64,000 nucleotides of DNA from the NCBI RefSeq assembly GCF_009914755.1, contig NC_060941.1; one strand, 5' to 3'. Position numbers and translations under genes: made by a program. Under the pieces are notes generated by a model. That model was not told the DNA's origin. It searched no databases and saw only the letters and a program-made list of their open reading frames with translations. This document shows positions 38,401-53,400 of the stretch, piece after piece (the first letter of the stretch is position 1; the number at the start of each line of letters is the position of its first letter). This DNA comes from the human T2T-CHM13v2.0 reference genome, Homo sapiens.

Positions 38401-41400
38401 AGAGTTGAAGGTTCCTTTTCAAAGAGCAGTTTCCAATCACTCTTTGTGTGGAATCTGCAAGTGGATATTTGGACCTATTTTGAAGATTTCGTTGGAAACG
38501 GGAGAATCTTCACAGGAAAGCTAAACAGAAGCATTCTCAGAAACTTCTTTGTGATGCTTGCATTCAACTCACAGAGTTGAACTTTCCTTTCGAGAGAGAA
38601 GCTTTGAAACACTCTTTTTCCAGAATCTGCAAGTGGACATTTGGAGGGCTTTGAGGCCTGTGGTGGAAAAGGAATTATCTTCCCGTAAAAGCTAGATAGA
38701 AGCATTCTCAGAAACTACTTTGTGATGATTGCATTCAAGTCACAGAGTTGAACATTCCCTTTGACAGAGCAGTTTGGAAACTCTCTTTGTGTAGAATCTG
38801 CAAGTGGAGATACGGACCGCTTTGAGGCCTATGGTAGTAAAGGAAATAGCTTCATATAAAAGCTAGACAGTAGCATTCACAGAAAACTCTTGGTGACGAC
38901 TGAGTTTAACTCACAGAGCTGAACATTCCTTTGGATGGAGCAGTTTCGAAACACACTATTTGTAGAATGTGCAAGTGGATATTTGGGCCTCTCTGAGGAT
39001 TTCGTTGGAAACGGGATAAACCGCACAGAACTAAACAGAAGCATTCTCAGAACCTTCTTCGTGATGTTTGCATTCAACTCACAGTGTTGAACCTTTCTTT
39101 GATAGTTCAGGTTTGAAACGGTCTTTCTGTAGAAACTGCAAGTAGATATTTGGACCTCTCTGAGGATTTCGTTGGAAACGGGATAACCCGCACAGAACTA
39201 AAACAGAAGCATTCTCAGAACCCTCTTCGTGATGTTTGCATTCAACTCACAGTGCTGAACCTTTCTTTGATAGTTCAGCTTTGAAACACTCTTTTTGTAG
39301 AAACTGCAAGTGGATATTTGGTCCTCTCTGAGCATTTCGTTGGAAACGGGATAAACTGCACAGAACTAAACAGAAGCATTCTCAGAACCTTCTTCGTGAT
39401 GTCTGCATTCAACTCACAGTGTGGAACCTTTCTTTGATAGTTCAGGTTTGAAACACTCTTTTTGTAGAAACTGCAAGGGGATCATTGCACTCTTTGAGGA
39501 GTACCGTAGTAAAGGAAATAACTTCCTATAAAAAGAAGACAGAAGCTTTCTCAGAAAATTCTTTGGGATGATTGAGTTGAACTCACAGAGCTGAGCATTC
39601 CTTGCGATGTAGCAGTTTAGAAACACACTTTCTGCAGAATCTGCAAGTGCATATTTGGACCTCTGTGAGGAATTCGTTGGAAACGGGATAATTTCAGCTG
39701 ACTAAACAGAAGCAGTCTCAGAATCTTCTTTGTGATGTTTGCATTCAAATCCCCGAGTTGAACTTTCCTTTCAAAGTTCACGTTTGAAACACTCTTTTTG
39801 CAGGATCTACAAGTGGATATTTGGACCACTCTGTGTCCTTCGTTCGAAACGGGTATATCTTCACATGACATCTAGACAGAAGCATCCTCAGAAGCTTCTC
39901 TGTGATGACTGCATTCAACTCACGGAGTTGAACACTCCTTTTGAGAGCGCAGTTTTGAAACTCTCTTTCTGTGGCATCTGCAAGGGGACATGTAGACCTC
40001 CTTGAAGATTTCGTTGGAAACGGAATCATCTTCACATAAAAACTACACAGATGCATTCTCAGGAACTTTTTGGTGATGTTTGTATTCAACTCCCAGAGTT
40101 GAACTTTCCTTTGGAAAGAGCAGCTATGAAACACTCTTTTTCTAGAATCTGCAAGTGGACGTTTGGAGGGCTTTGTGGTTTGTGGTGGAAAAGGAAATAT
40201 CTTCACCTAAATACTAGATAGAAGCATTCTCAGAAACTGCTTTGTGATGATTGCATTCACCTCACAGAGTTGAACATTCCTATTGATAGAGCAGTTTGGA
40301 AACACTCTTGTTGTGGAATGTGCAAGTGGAGATTTGGAGCGCTTTGAGGCCTATGGTAGTAAAGGGAATAGCTTCATAGAAAAACTAGACAGAAGCATTC
40401 TCAGAAAATACTTTGTGATGATTGAGTTTAACTCACAGAGCTGAACATTCCTTTGGATGGAGCAGGTTTGAGACACACCTTTTGTAGAATCTACAAGTGG
40501 ATATTTGGACCTCTCTGAGGATTTCGTTGGAAACGGGATAACTGCACCTAACTAAACGGAAGCATTCTCAGAAACTTCTTGGTGATGTTTGCATTCAAAT
40601 CCCAGAGTTGAACCTTCCTTTGATAGTTCAGGTTTGAAACACTCTTTTTGTAGGATCTGCAAGTGGATATTTGGACCACTCTGTGGCCTTCGTTCGAAAC
40701 GGGTATATCTTCGCATAAAATCTAGACAGAAGCCTTCTCAGAAACTTCTCTGTGATGATTGCATTCAACTCACAGAGTTGAACCCTCCTATGGATAGAGC
40801 AGTGTTGAAACTCTCTTTTTGTGGAATCTGCAAGTGGATATGTGGACCTCTCCGAAGATGTCTTTGGAAACGGGAATATCTTCACATAAAAACTAAACAG
40901 AAGCATTCTCAGAAACTTCTCTGTGATGTTTGTGTTCAACTCCCAGAGTTTCACATTGCTTTTCATAGAGTAGTTCTGAAACATGCTTTTCGTAGTGTCT
41001 ACAAGTGGACATTTGGAGCGCTTTCAGGCCTGTGGTGGAAAACGAATTATGGTCACATAAAAACTGGAGAGAAGCATTGTCAGAAACTTCTTTGTGATGA
41101 TTGCATTCAACTCACAGAGTTGAAGGTTCCTTTTCAAAGAGCAGTTTCCAATCACTCTTTGTGTGGAATCTGCAAGTGGATATTTGGACCTATTTTGAAG
41201 ATTTCGTTGGAAACGGGAGAATCTTCACAGGAAAGCTAAACAGAAGCATTCTCAGAAACTTCTTTGTGATGCTTGCATTCAACTCACAGAGTTGAACTTT
41301 CCTTTCGAGAGAGAAGCTTTGAAACACTCTTTTTCCAGAATCTGCAAGTGGACATTTGGAGGGCTTTGAGGCCTGTGGTGGAAAAGGAATTATCTTCCCG

Positions 41401-44400
41401 TAAAAGCTAGATAGAAGCATTCTCAGAAACTACTTTGTGATGATTGCATTCAAGTCACAGAGTTGAACATTCCCTTTGACAGAGCAGTTTGGAAACTCTC
41501 TTTGTGTAGAATCTGCAAGTGGAGATATGGACCGCTTTGAGGCCTATGGTAGTAAAGGAAATAGCTTCATATAAAAGCTAGACAGTAGCATTCACAGAAA
41601 ACTCTTGGTGACGACTGAGTTTAACTCACAGAGCTGAACATTCCTTTGGATGGAGCAGTTTCGAAACACACTATTTGTAGAATGTGCAAGTGGATATTTA
41701 GGCCTCTCTGAGGATTTCGTTGGAAACGGGATAAACCGCACAGAACTAAACAGAAGCATTCTCAGAACCTTCTTCGTGATGTTTGCATTCAACTCACAGT
41801 GTTGAACCTTTCTTTGATAGTTCAGGTTTGAAACGGTCTTTCTGTAGAAACTGCAAGTAGATATTTGGACCTCTCTGAGGATTTCGTTGGAAACGGGATA
41901 ACCCGCACAGAACTAAAACAGAAGCATTCTCAGAACCCTCTTCGTGATGTTTGCATTCAACTCACAGTGCTGAACCTTTCTTTGATAGTTCAGCTTTGAA
42001 ACACTCTTTTTGTAGAAACTGCAAGTGGATATTTGGTCCTCTCTGAGCATTTCGTTGGAAACGGGATAAACTGCACAGAACTAAACAGAAGCATTCTCAG
42101 AACCTTCTTCGTGATGTCTGCATTCAACTCACAGTGTGGAACCTTTCTTTGATAGTTCAGGTTTGAAACACTCTTTTTGTAGAAACTGCAAGGGGATCAT
42201 TGCACTCTTTGAGGAGTACCGTAGTAAAGGAAATAACTTCCTATAAAAAGAAGACAGAAGCTTTCTCAGAAAATTCTTTGGGATGATTGAGTTGAACTCA
42301 CAGAGCTGAGCATTCCTTGCGATGTAGCAGTTTAGAAACACACTTTCTGCAGAATCTGCAAGTGCATATTTGGACCTCTGTGAGGAATTCGTTGGAAACG
42401 GGATAATTTCAGCTGACTAAACAGAAGCAGTCTCAGAATCTTCTTTGTGATGTTTGCATTCAAATCCCCGAGTTGAACTTTCCTTTCAAAGTTCACGTTT
42501 GAAACACTCTTTTTGCAGGATCTACAAGTGGATATTTGGACCACTCTGTGTCCTTCGTTCGAAACGGGTATATCTTCACATGACATCTAGACAGAAGCAT
42601 CCTCAGAAGCTTCTCTGTGATGACTGCATTCAACTCACGGAGTTGAACACTCCTTTTGAGAGCGCAGTTTTGAAACTCTCTTTCTGTGGCATCTGCAAGG
42701 GGACATGTAGACCTCCTTGAAGATTTCGTTGGAAACGGAATCATCTTCACATAAAAACTACACAGATGCATTCTCAGGAACTTTTTGGTGATGTTTGTAT
42801 TCAACTCCCAGAGTTGAACTTTCCTTTGGAAAGAGCAGCTATGAAACACTGTTTTTCTAGAATCTGCAAGTGGACGTTTGGAGGGCTTTGTGGTTTGTGG
42901 TGGAAAAGGAAATATCTTCACCTAAATACTAGATAGAAGCATTCTCAGAAACTGCTTTGTGATGATTGCATTCACCTCACAGAGTTGAACATTCCTATTG
43001 ATAGAGCAGTTTGGAAACACTCTTGTTGTGGAATGTGCAAGTGGAGATTTGGAGCGCTTTGAGGCCTATGGTAGTAAAGGGAATAGCTTCATAGAAAAAC
43101 TAGACAGAAGCATTCTCAGAAAATACTTTGTGATGATTGAGTTTAACTCACAGAGCTGAACATTCCTTTGGATGGAGCAGGTTTGAGACACACTTTTTGT
43201 AGAATCTACAAGTGGATATTTGGACCTCTCTGAGGATTTCGTTGGAAACGGGATAACTGCACCTAACTAAACGGAAGCATTCTCAGAAACTTCTTGGTGA
43301 TGTTTGCATTCAAATCCCAGAGTTGAACCTTCCTTTGATAGTTCAGGTTTGAAACACTCTTTTTGTAGGATCTGCAAGTGGATATTTGGACCACTCTGTG
43401 GCCTTCGTTCGAAACGGGTATATCTTCGCATAAAATCTAGACAGAAGCCTTCTCAGAAACTTCTCTGTGATGATTGCATTCAACTCACAGAGTTGAACCC
43501 TCCTATGGATAGAGCAGTGTTGAAACTCTCTTTTTGTGGAATCTGCAAGTGGATATGTGGACCTCTCCGAAGATGTCTTTGGAAACGGGAATATCTTCAC
43601 ATAAAAACTAAACAGAAGCATTCTCAGAAACTTCTCTGTGATGTTTGTGTTCAACTCCCAGAGTTTCACATTGCTTTTCATAGAGTAGTTCTGAAACATG
43701 CTTTTCGTAGTGTCTACAAGTGGACATTTGGAGCGCTTTCAGGCCTGTGGTGGAAAACGAATTATGGTCACATAAAAACTGGAGAGAAGCATTGTCAGAA
43801 ACTTCTTTGTGATGATTGCATTCAACTCACAGAGTTGAAGGTTCCTTTTCAAAGAGCAGTTTCCAATCACTCTTTGTGTGGAATCTGCAAGTGGATATTT
43901 GGACCTATTTTGAAGATTTCGTTGGAAACGGGAGAATCTTCACAGGAAAGCTAAACAGAAGCATTCTCAGAAACTTCTTTGTGATGCTTGCATTCAACTC
44001 ACAGAGTTGAACTTTCCTTTCGAGAGAGAAGCTTTGAAACACTCTTTTTCCAGAATCTGCAAGTGGACATTTGGAGGGCTTTGAGGCCTGTGGTGGAAAA
44101 GGAATTATCTTCCCGTAAAAGCTAGATAGAAGCATTCTCAGAAACTACTTTGTGATGATTGCATTCAAGTCACAGAGTTGAACATTCCCTTTGACAGAGC
44201 AGTTTGGAAACTCTCTTTGTGTAGAATCTGCAAGTGGAGATACGGACCGCTTTGAGGCCTATGGTAGTAAAGGAAATAGCTTCATATAAAAGCTAGACAG
44301 TAGCATTCACAGAAAACTCTTGGTGACGACTGAGTTTAACTCACAGAGCTGAACATTCCTTTGGATGGAGCAGTTTCGAAACACACTATTTGTAGAATGT

Positions 44401-47400
44401 GCAAGTGGATATTTGGGCCTCTCTGAGGATTTCGTTGGAAACGGGATAAACCGCACAGAACTAAACAGAAGCATTCTCAGAACCTTCTTCGTGATGTTTG
44501 CATTCAACTCACAGTGTTGAACCTTTCTTTGATAGTTCAGGTTTGAAACGGTCTTTCTGTAGAAACTGCAAGTAGATATTTGGACCTCTCTGAGGATTTC
44601 GTTGGAAACGGGATAACCCGCACAGAACTAAAACAGAAGCATTCTCAGAACCCTCTTCGTGATGTTTGCATTCAACTCACAGTGCTGAACCTTTCTTTGA
44701 TAGTTCAGCTTTGAAACACTCTTTTTGTAGAAACTGCAAGTGGATATTTGGTCCTCTCTGAGCATTTCGTTGGAAACGGGATAAACTGCACAGAACTAAA
44801 CAGAAGCATTCTCAGAACCTTCTTCGTGATGTCTGCATTCAACTCACAGTGTGGAACCTTTCTTTGATAGTTCAGGTTTGAAACACTCTTTTTGTAGAAA
44901 CTGCAAGGGGATCATTGCACTCTTTGAGGAGTACCGTAGTAAAGGAAATAACTTCCTATAAAAAGAAGACAGAAGCTTTCTCAGAAAATTCTTTGGGATG
45001 ATTGAGTTGAACTCACAGAGCTGAGCATTCCTTGCGATGTAGCAGTTTAGAAACACACTTTCTGCAGAATCTGCAAGTGCATATTTGGACCTCTGTGAGG
45101 AATTCGTTGGAAACGGGATAATTTCAGCTGACTAAACAGAAGCAGTCTCAGAATCTTCTTTGTGATGTTTGCATTCAAATCCCAGAGTTGAACTTTCCTT
45201 TCAAAGTTCACGTTTGAAACACTCTTTTTGCAGGATCTACAAGTGGATATTTGGACCACTCTGTGTCCTTCGTTCGAAACGGGTATATCTTCACATGACA
45301 TCTAGACAGAAGCATCCTCAGAAGCTTCTCTGTGATGACTGCATTCAACTCACGGAGTTGAACACTCCTTTTGAGAGCGCAGTTTTGAAACTCTCTTTCT
45401 GTGGCATCTGCAAGGGGACATGTAGACCTCCATGAAGATTTCGTTGGAAACGGAATCATCTTCACATAAAAACTACACAGATGCATTCTCAGGAACTTTT
45501 TGGTGATGTTTGTATTCAACTCCCAGAGTTGAACTTTCCTTTGGAAAGAGCAGCTATGAAACACTCTTTTTCTAGAATCTGCAAGTGGACGTTTGGAGGG
45601 CTTTGTGGTTTGTGGTGGAAAAGGAAATATCTTCACCTAAATACTAGATAGAAGCATTCTCAGAAACTGCTTTGTGATGATTGCATTCACCTCACAGAGT
45701 TGAACATTCCTATTGATAGAGCAGTTTGGAAACACTCTTGTTGTGGAATGTGCAAGTGGAGATTTGGAGCGCTTTGAGGCCTATGGTAGTAAAGGGAATA
45801 GCTTCATAGAAAAACTAGACAGAAGCATTCTCAGAAAATACTTTGTGATGATTGAGTTTAACTCACAGAGCTGAACATTCCTTTGGATGGAGCAGGTTTG
45901 AGACACACTTTCTGTAGAATCTACAAGTGGATATTTGGACCTCTCTGAGGATTTCGTTGGAAACGGGATAACTGCACCTAACTAAACGGAAGCATTCTCA
46001 GAAACTTCTTGGTGATGTTTGCATTCAAATCCCAGAGTTGAACCTTCCTTTGATAGTTCAGGTTTGAAACACTCTTTTTGTAGGATCTGCAAGTGGATAT
46101 TTGGACCACTCTGTGGCCTTCGTTCGAAACGGGTATATCTTCGCATAAAATCTAGACAGAAGCCTTCTCAGAAACTTCTCTGTGATGATTGCATTCAACT
46201 CACAGAGTTGAACCCTCCTATGGATAGAGCAGTGTTGAAACTCTCTTTTTGTGGAATCTGCAAGTGGATATGTGGACCTCTCCGAAGATGTCTTTGGAAA
46301 CGGGAATATCTTCACATAAAAACTAAACAGAAGCATTCTCAGAAACTTCTCTGTGATGTTTGTGTTCAACTCCCAGAGTTTCACATTGCTTTTCATAGAG
46401 TAGTTCTGAAACATGCTTTTCGTAGTGTCTACAAGTGGACATTTGGAGCGCTTTCAGGCCTGTGGTGGAAAACGAATTATGGTCACATAAAAACTGGAGA
46501 GAAGCATTGTCAGAAACTTCTTTGTGATGATTGCATTCAACTCACAGAGTTGAAGGTTCCTTTTCAAAGAGCAGTTTCCAATCACTCTTTGTGTGGAATC
46601 TGCAAGTGGATATTTGGACCTATTTTGAAGATTTCGTTGGAAACGGGAGAATCTTCACAGGAAAGCTAAACAGAAGCATTCTCAGAAACTTCTTTGTGAT
46701 GCTTGCATTCAACTCACAGAGTTGAACTTTCCTTTCGAGAGAGAAGCTTTGAAACACTCTTTTTCCAGAATCTGCAAGTGGACATTTGGAGGGCTTTGAG
46801 GCCTGTGGTGGAAAAGGAATTATCTTCCCGTAAAAGCTAGATAGAAGCATTCTCAGAAACTACTTTGTGATGATTGCATTCAAGTCACAGAGTTGAACAT
46901 TCCCTTTGACAGAGCAGTTTGGAAACTCTCTTTGTGTAGAATCTGCAAGTGGAGATACGGACCGCTTTGAGGCCTATGGTAGTAAAGGAAATAGCTTCAT
47001 ATAAAAGCTAGACAGTAGCATTCACAGAAAACTCTTGGTGACGACTGAGTTTAACTCACAGAGCTGAACATTCCTTTGGATGGAGCAGTTTCGAAACACA
47101 CTATTTGTAGAATGTGCAAGTGGATATTTGGGCCTCTCTGAGGATTTCGTTGGAAACGGGATAAACCGCACAGAACTAAACAGAAGCATTCTCAGAACCT
47201 TCTTCGTGATGTTTGCATTCAACTCACAGTGTTGAACCTTTCTTTGATAGTTCAGGTTTGAAACGGTCTTTCTGTAGAAACTGCAAGTAGATATTTGGAC
47301 CTCTCTGAGGATTTCGTTGGAAACGGGATAACCCGCACAGAACTAAAACAGAAGCATTCTCAGAACCCTCTTCGTGATGTTTGCATTCAACTCACAGTGC

Positions 47401-50400
47401 TGAACCTTTCTTTGATAGTTCAGCTTTGAAACACTCTTTTTGTAGAAACTGCAAGTGGATATTTGGTCCTCTCTGAGCATTTCGTTGGAAACGGGATAAA
47501 CTGCACAGAACTAAACAGAAGCATTCTCAGAACCTTCTTCGTGATGTCTGCATTCAACTCACAGTGTGGAACCTTTCTTTGATAGTTCAGGTTTGAAACA
47601 CTCTTTTTGTAGAAACTGCAAGGGGATCATTGCACTCTTTGAGGAGTACCGTAGTAAAGGAAATAACTTCCTATAAAAAGAAGACAGAAGCTTTCTCAGA
47701 AAATTCTTTGGGATGATTGAGTTGAACTCACAGAGCTGAGCATTCCTTGCGATGTAGCAGTTTAGAAACACACTTTCTGCAGAATCTGCAAGTGCATATT
47801 TGGACCTCTGTGAGGAATTCGTTGGAAACGGGATAATTTCAGCTGACTAAACAGAAGCAGTCTCAGAATCTTCTTTGTGATGTTTGCATTCAAATCCCCG
47901 AGTTGAACTTTCCTTTCAAAGTTCACGTTTGAAACACTCTTTTTGCAGGATCTACAAGTGGATATTTGGACCACTCTGTGTCCTTCGTTCGAAACGGGTA
48001 TATCTTCACATGACATCTAGACAGAAGCATCCTCAGAAGCTTCTCTGTGATGACTGCATTCAACTCACGGAGTTGAACACTCCTTTTGAGAGCGCAGTTT
48101 TGAAACTCTCTTTCTGTGGCATCTGCAAGGGGACATGTAGACCTCCTTGAAGATTTCGTTGGAAACGGAATCATCTTCACATAAAAACTACACAGATGCA
48201 TTCTCAGGAACTTTTTGGTGATGTTTGTATTCAACTCCCAGAGTTGAACTTTCCTTTGGAAAGAGCAGCTATGAAACACTGTTTTTCTAGAATCTGCAAG
48301 TGGACGTTTGGAGGGCTTTGTGGTTTGTGGTGGAAAAGGAAATATCTTCACCTAAATACTAGATAGAAGCATTCTCAGAAACTGCTTTGTGATGATTGCA
48401 TTCACCTCACAGAGTTGAACATTCCTATTGATAGAGCAGTTTGGAAACACTCTTGTTGTGGAATGTGCAAGTGGAGATTTGGAGCGCTTTGAGGCCTATG
48501 GTAGTAAAGGGAATAGCTTCATAGAAAAACTAGACAGAAGCATTCTCAGAAAATACTTTGTGATGATTGAGTTTAACTCACAGAGCTGAACATTCCTTTG
48601 GATGGAGCAGGTTTGAGACACACTTTCTGTAGAATCTACAAGTGGATATTTGGACCTCTCTGAGGATTTCGTTGGAAACGGGATAACTGCACCTAACTAA
48701 ACGGAAGCATTCTCAGAAACTTCTTGGTGATGTTTGCATTCAAATCCCAGAGTTGAACCTTCCTTTGATAGTTCAGGTTTGAAACACTCTTTTTGTAGGA
48801 TCTGCAAGTGGATATTTGGACCACTCTGTGGCCTTCGTTCGAAACGGGTATATCTTCGCATAAAATCTAGACAGAAGCCTTCTCAGAAACTTCTCTGTGA
48901 TGATTGCATTCAACTCACAGAGTTGAACCCTCCTATGGATAGAGCAGTGTTGAAACTCTCTTTTTGTGGAATCTGCAAGTGGATATGTGGACCTCTCCGA
49001 AGATGTCTTTGGAAACGGGAATATCTTCACATAAAAACTAAACAGAAGCATTCTCAGAAACTTCTCTGTGATGTTTGTGTTCAACTCCCAGAGTTTCACA
49101 TTGCTTTTCATAGAGTAGTTCTGAAACATGCTTTTCGTAGTGTCTACAAGTGGACATTTGGAGCGCTTTCAGGCCTGTGGTGGAAAACGAATTATGGTCA
49201 CATAAAAACTGGAGAGAAGCATTGTCAGAAACTTCTTTGTGATGATTGCATTCAACTCACAGAGTTGAAGGTTCCTTTTCAAAGAGCAGTTTCCAATCAC
49301 TCTTTGTGTGGAATCTGCAAGTGGATATTTGGACCTATTTTGAAGATTTCGTTGGAAACGGGAGAATCTTCACAGGAAAGCTAAACAGAAGCATTCTCAG
49401 AAACTTCTTTGTGATGCTTGCATTCAACTCACAGAGTTGAACTTTCCTTTCGAGAGAGAAGCTTTGAAACACTCTTTTTCCAGAATCTGCAAGTGGACAT
49501 TTGGAGGGCTTTGAGGCCTGTGGTGGAAAAGGAATTATCTTCCCGTAAAAGCTAGATAGAAGCATTCTCAGAAACTACTTTGTGATGATTGCATTCAAGT
49601 CACAGAGTTGAACATTCCCTTTGACAGAGCAGTTTGGAAACTCTCTTTGTGTAGAATCTGCAAGTGGAGATACGGACCGCTTTGAGGCCTATGGTAGTAA
49701 AGGAAATAGCTTCATATAAAAGCTAGACAGTAGCATTCACAGAAAACTCTTGGTGACGACTGAGTTTAACTCACAGAGCTGAACATTCCTTTGGATGGAG
49801 CAGTTTCGAAACACACTATTTGTAGAATGTGCAAGTGGATATTTAGGCCTCTCTGAGGATTTCGTTGGAAACGGGATAAACCGCACAGAACTAAACAGAA
49901 GCATTCTCAGAACCTTCTTCGTGATGTTTGCATTCAACTCACAGTGTTGAACCTTTCTTTGATAGTTCAGGTTTGAAACGGTCTTTCTGTAGAAACTGCA
50001 AGTAGATATTTGGACCTCTCTGAGGATTTCGTTGGAAACGGGATAACCCGCACAGAACTAAAACAGAAGCATTCTCAGAACCCTCTTCGTGATGTTTGCA
50101 TTCAACTCACAGTGCTGAACCTTTCTTTGATAGTTCAGCTTTGAAACACTCTTTTTGTAGAAACTGCAAGTGGATATTTGGTCCTCTCTGAGCATTTCGT
50201 TGGAAACGGGATAAACTGCACAGAACTAAACAGAAGCATTCTCAGAACCTTCTTCGTGATGTCTGCATTCAACTCACAGTGTGGAACCTTTCTTTGATAG
50301 TTCAGGTTTGAAACACTCTTTTTGTAGAAACTGCAAGGGGATCATTGCACTCTTTGAGGAGTACCGTAGTAAAGGAAATAACTTCCTATAAAAAGAAGAC

Positions 50401-53400
50401 AGAAGCTTTCTCAGAAAATTCTTTGGGATGATTGAGTTGAACTCACAGAGCTGAGCATTCCTTGCGATGTAGCAGTTTAGAAACACACTTTCTGCAGAAT
50501 CTGCAAGTGCATATTTGGACCTCTGTGAGGAATTCGTTGGAAACGGGATAATTTCAGCTGACTAAACAGAAGCAGTCTCAGAATCTTCTTTGTGATGTTT
50601 GCATTCAAATCCCCGAGTTGAACTTTCCTTTCAAAGTTCACGTTTGAAACACTCTTTTTGCAGGATCTACAAGTGGATATTTGGACCACTCTGTGTCCTT
50701 CGTTCGAAACGGGTATATCTTCACATGACATCTAGACAGAAGCATCCTCAGAAGCTTCTCTGTGATGACTGCATTCAACTCACGGAGTTGAACACTCCTT
50801 TTGAGAGCGCAGTTTTGAAACTCTCTTTCTGTGGCATCTGCAAGGGGACATGTAGACCTCCTTGAAGATTTCGTTGGAAACGGAATCATCTTCACATAAA
50901 AACTACACAGATGCATTCTCAGGAACTTTTTGGTGATGTTTGTATTCAACTCCCAGAGTTGAACTTTCCTTTGGAAAGAGCAGCTATGAAACACTGTTTT
51001 TCTAGAATCTGCAAGTGGACGTTTGGAGGGCTTTGTGGTTTGTGGTGGAAAAGGAAATATCTTCACCTAAATACTAGATAGAAGCATTCTCAGAAACTGC
51101 TTTGTGATGATTGCATTCACCTCACAGAGTTGAACATTCCTATTGATAGAGCAGTTTGGAAACACTCTTGTTGTGGAATGTGCAAGTGGAGATTTGGAGC
51201 GCTTTGAGGCCTATGGTAGTAAAGGGAATAGCTTCATAGAAAAACTAGACAGAAGCATTCTCAGAAAATACTTTGTGATGATTGAGTTTAACTCACAGAG
51301 CTGAACATTCCTTTGGATGGAGCAGGTTTGAGACACACTTTCTGTAGAATCTACAAGTGGATATTTGGACCTCTCTGAGGATTTCGTTGGAAACGGGATA
51401 ACTGCACCTAACTAAACGGAAGCATTCTCAGAAACTTCTTGGTGATGTTTGCATTCAAATCCCAGAGTTGAACCTTCCTTTGATAGTTCAGGTTTGAAAC
51501 ACTCTTTTTGTAGGATCTGCAAGTGGATATTTGGACCACTCTGTGGCCTTCGTTCGAAACGGGTATATCTTCGCATAAAATCTAGACAGAAGCCTTCTCA
51601 GAAACTTCTCTGTGATGATTGCATTCAACTCACAGAGTTGAACCCTCCTATGGATAGAGCAGTGTTGAAACTCTCTTTTTGTGGAATCTGCAAGTGGATA
51701 TGTGGACCTCTCCGAAGATGTCTTTGGAAACGGGAATATCTTCACATAAAAACTAAACAGAAGCATTCTCAGAAACTTCTCTGTGATGTTTGTGTTCAAC
51801 TCCCAGAGTTTCACATTGCTTTTCATAGAGTAGTTCTGAAACATGCTTTTCGTAGTGTCTACAAGTGGACATTTGGAGCGCTTTCAGGCCTGTGGTGGAA
51901 AACGAATTATGGTCACATAAAAACTGGAGAGAAGCATTGTCAGAAACTTCTTTGTGATGATTGCATTCAACTCACAGAGTTGAAGGTTCCTTTTCAAAGA
52001 GCAGTTTCCAATCACTCTTTGTGTGGAATCTGCAAGTGGATATTTGGACCTATTTTGAAGATTTCGTTGGAAACGGGAGAATCTTCACAGGAAAGCTAAA
52101 CAGAAGCATTCTCAGAAACTTCTTTGTGATGCTTGCATTCAACTCACAGAGTTGAACTTTCCTTTCGAGAGAGAAGCTTTGAAACACTCTTTTTCCAGAA
52201 TCTGCAAGTGGACATTTGGAGGGCTTTGAGGCCTGTGGTGGAAAAGGAATTATCTTCCCGTAAAAGCTAGATAGAAGCATTCTCAGAAACTACTTTGTGA
52301 TGATTGCATTCAAGTCACAGAGTTGAACATTCCCTTTGACAGAGCAGTTTGGAAACTCTCTTTGTGTAGAATCTGCAAGTGGAGATACGGACCGCTTTGA
52401 GGCCTATGGTAGTAAAGGAAATAGCTTCATATAAAAGCTAGACAGTAGCATTCACAGAAAACTCTTGGTGACGACTGAGTTTAACTCACAGAGCTGAACA
52501 TTCCTTTGGATGGAGCAGTTTCGAAACACACTATTTGTAGAATGTGCAAGTGGATATTTAGGCCTCTCTGAGGATTTCGTTGGAAACGGGATAAACCGCA
52601 CAGAACTAAACAGAAGCATTCTCAGAACCTTCTTCGTGATGTTTGCATTCAACTCACAGTGTTGAACCTTTCTTTGATAGTTCAGGTTTGAAACGGTCTT
52701 TCTGTAGAAACTGCAAGTAGATATTTGGACCTCTCTGAGGATTTCGTTGGAAACGGGATAACCCGCACAGAACTAAAACAGAAGCATTCTCAGAACCCTC
52801 TTCGTGATGTTTGCATTCAACTCACAGTGCTGAACCTTTCTTTGATAGTTCAGCTTTGAAACACTCTTTTTGTAGAAACTGCAAGTGGATATTTGGTCCT
52901 CTCTGAGCATTTCGTTGGAAACGGGATAAACTGCACAGAACTAAACAGAAGCATTCTCAGAACCTTCTTCGTGATGTCTGCATTCAACTCACAGTGTGGA
53001 ACCTTTCTTTGATAGTTCAGGTTTGAAACACTCTTTTTGTAGAAACTGCAAGGGGATCATTGCACTCTTTGAGGAGTACCGTAGTAAAGGAAATAACTTC
53101 CTATAAAAAGAAGACAGAAGCTTTCTCAGAAAATTCTTTGGGATGATTGAGTTGAACTCACAGAGCTGAGCATTCCTTGCGATGTAGCAGTTTAGAAACA
53201 CACTTTCTGCAGAATCTGCAAGTGCATATTTGGACCTCTGTGAGGAATTCGTTGGAAACGGGATAATTTCAGCTGACTAAACAGAAGCAGTCTCAGAATC
53301 TTCTTTGTGATGTTTGCATTCAAATCCCCGAGTTGAACTTTCCTTTCAAAGTTCACGTTTGAAACACTCTTTTTGCAGGATCTACAAGTGGATATTTGGA

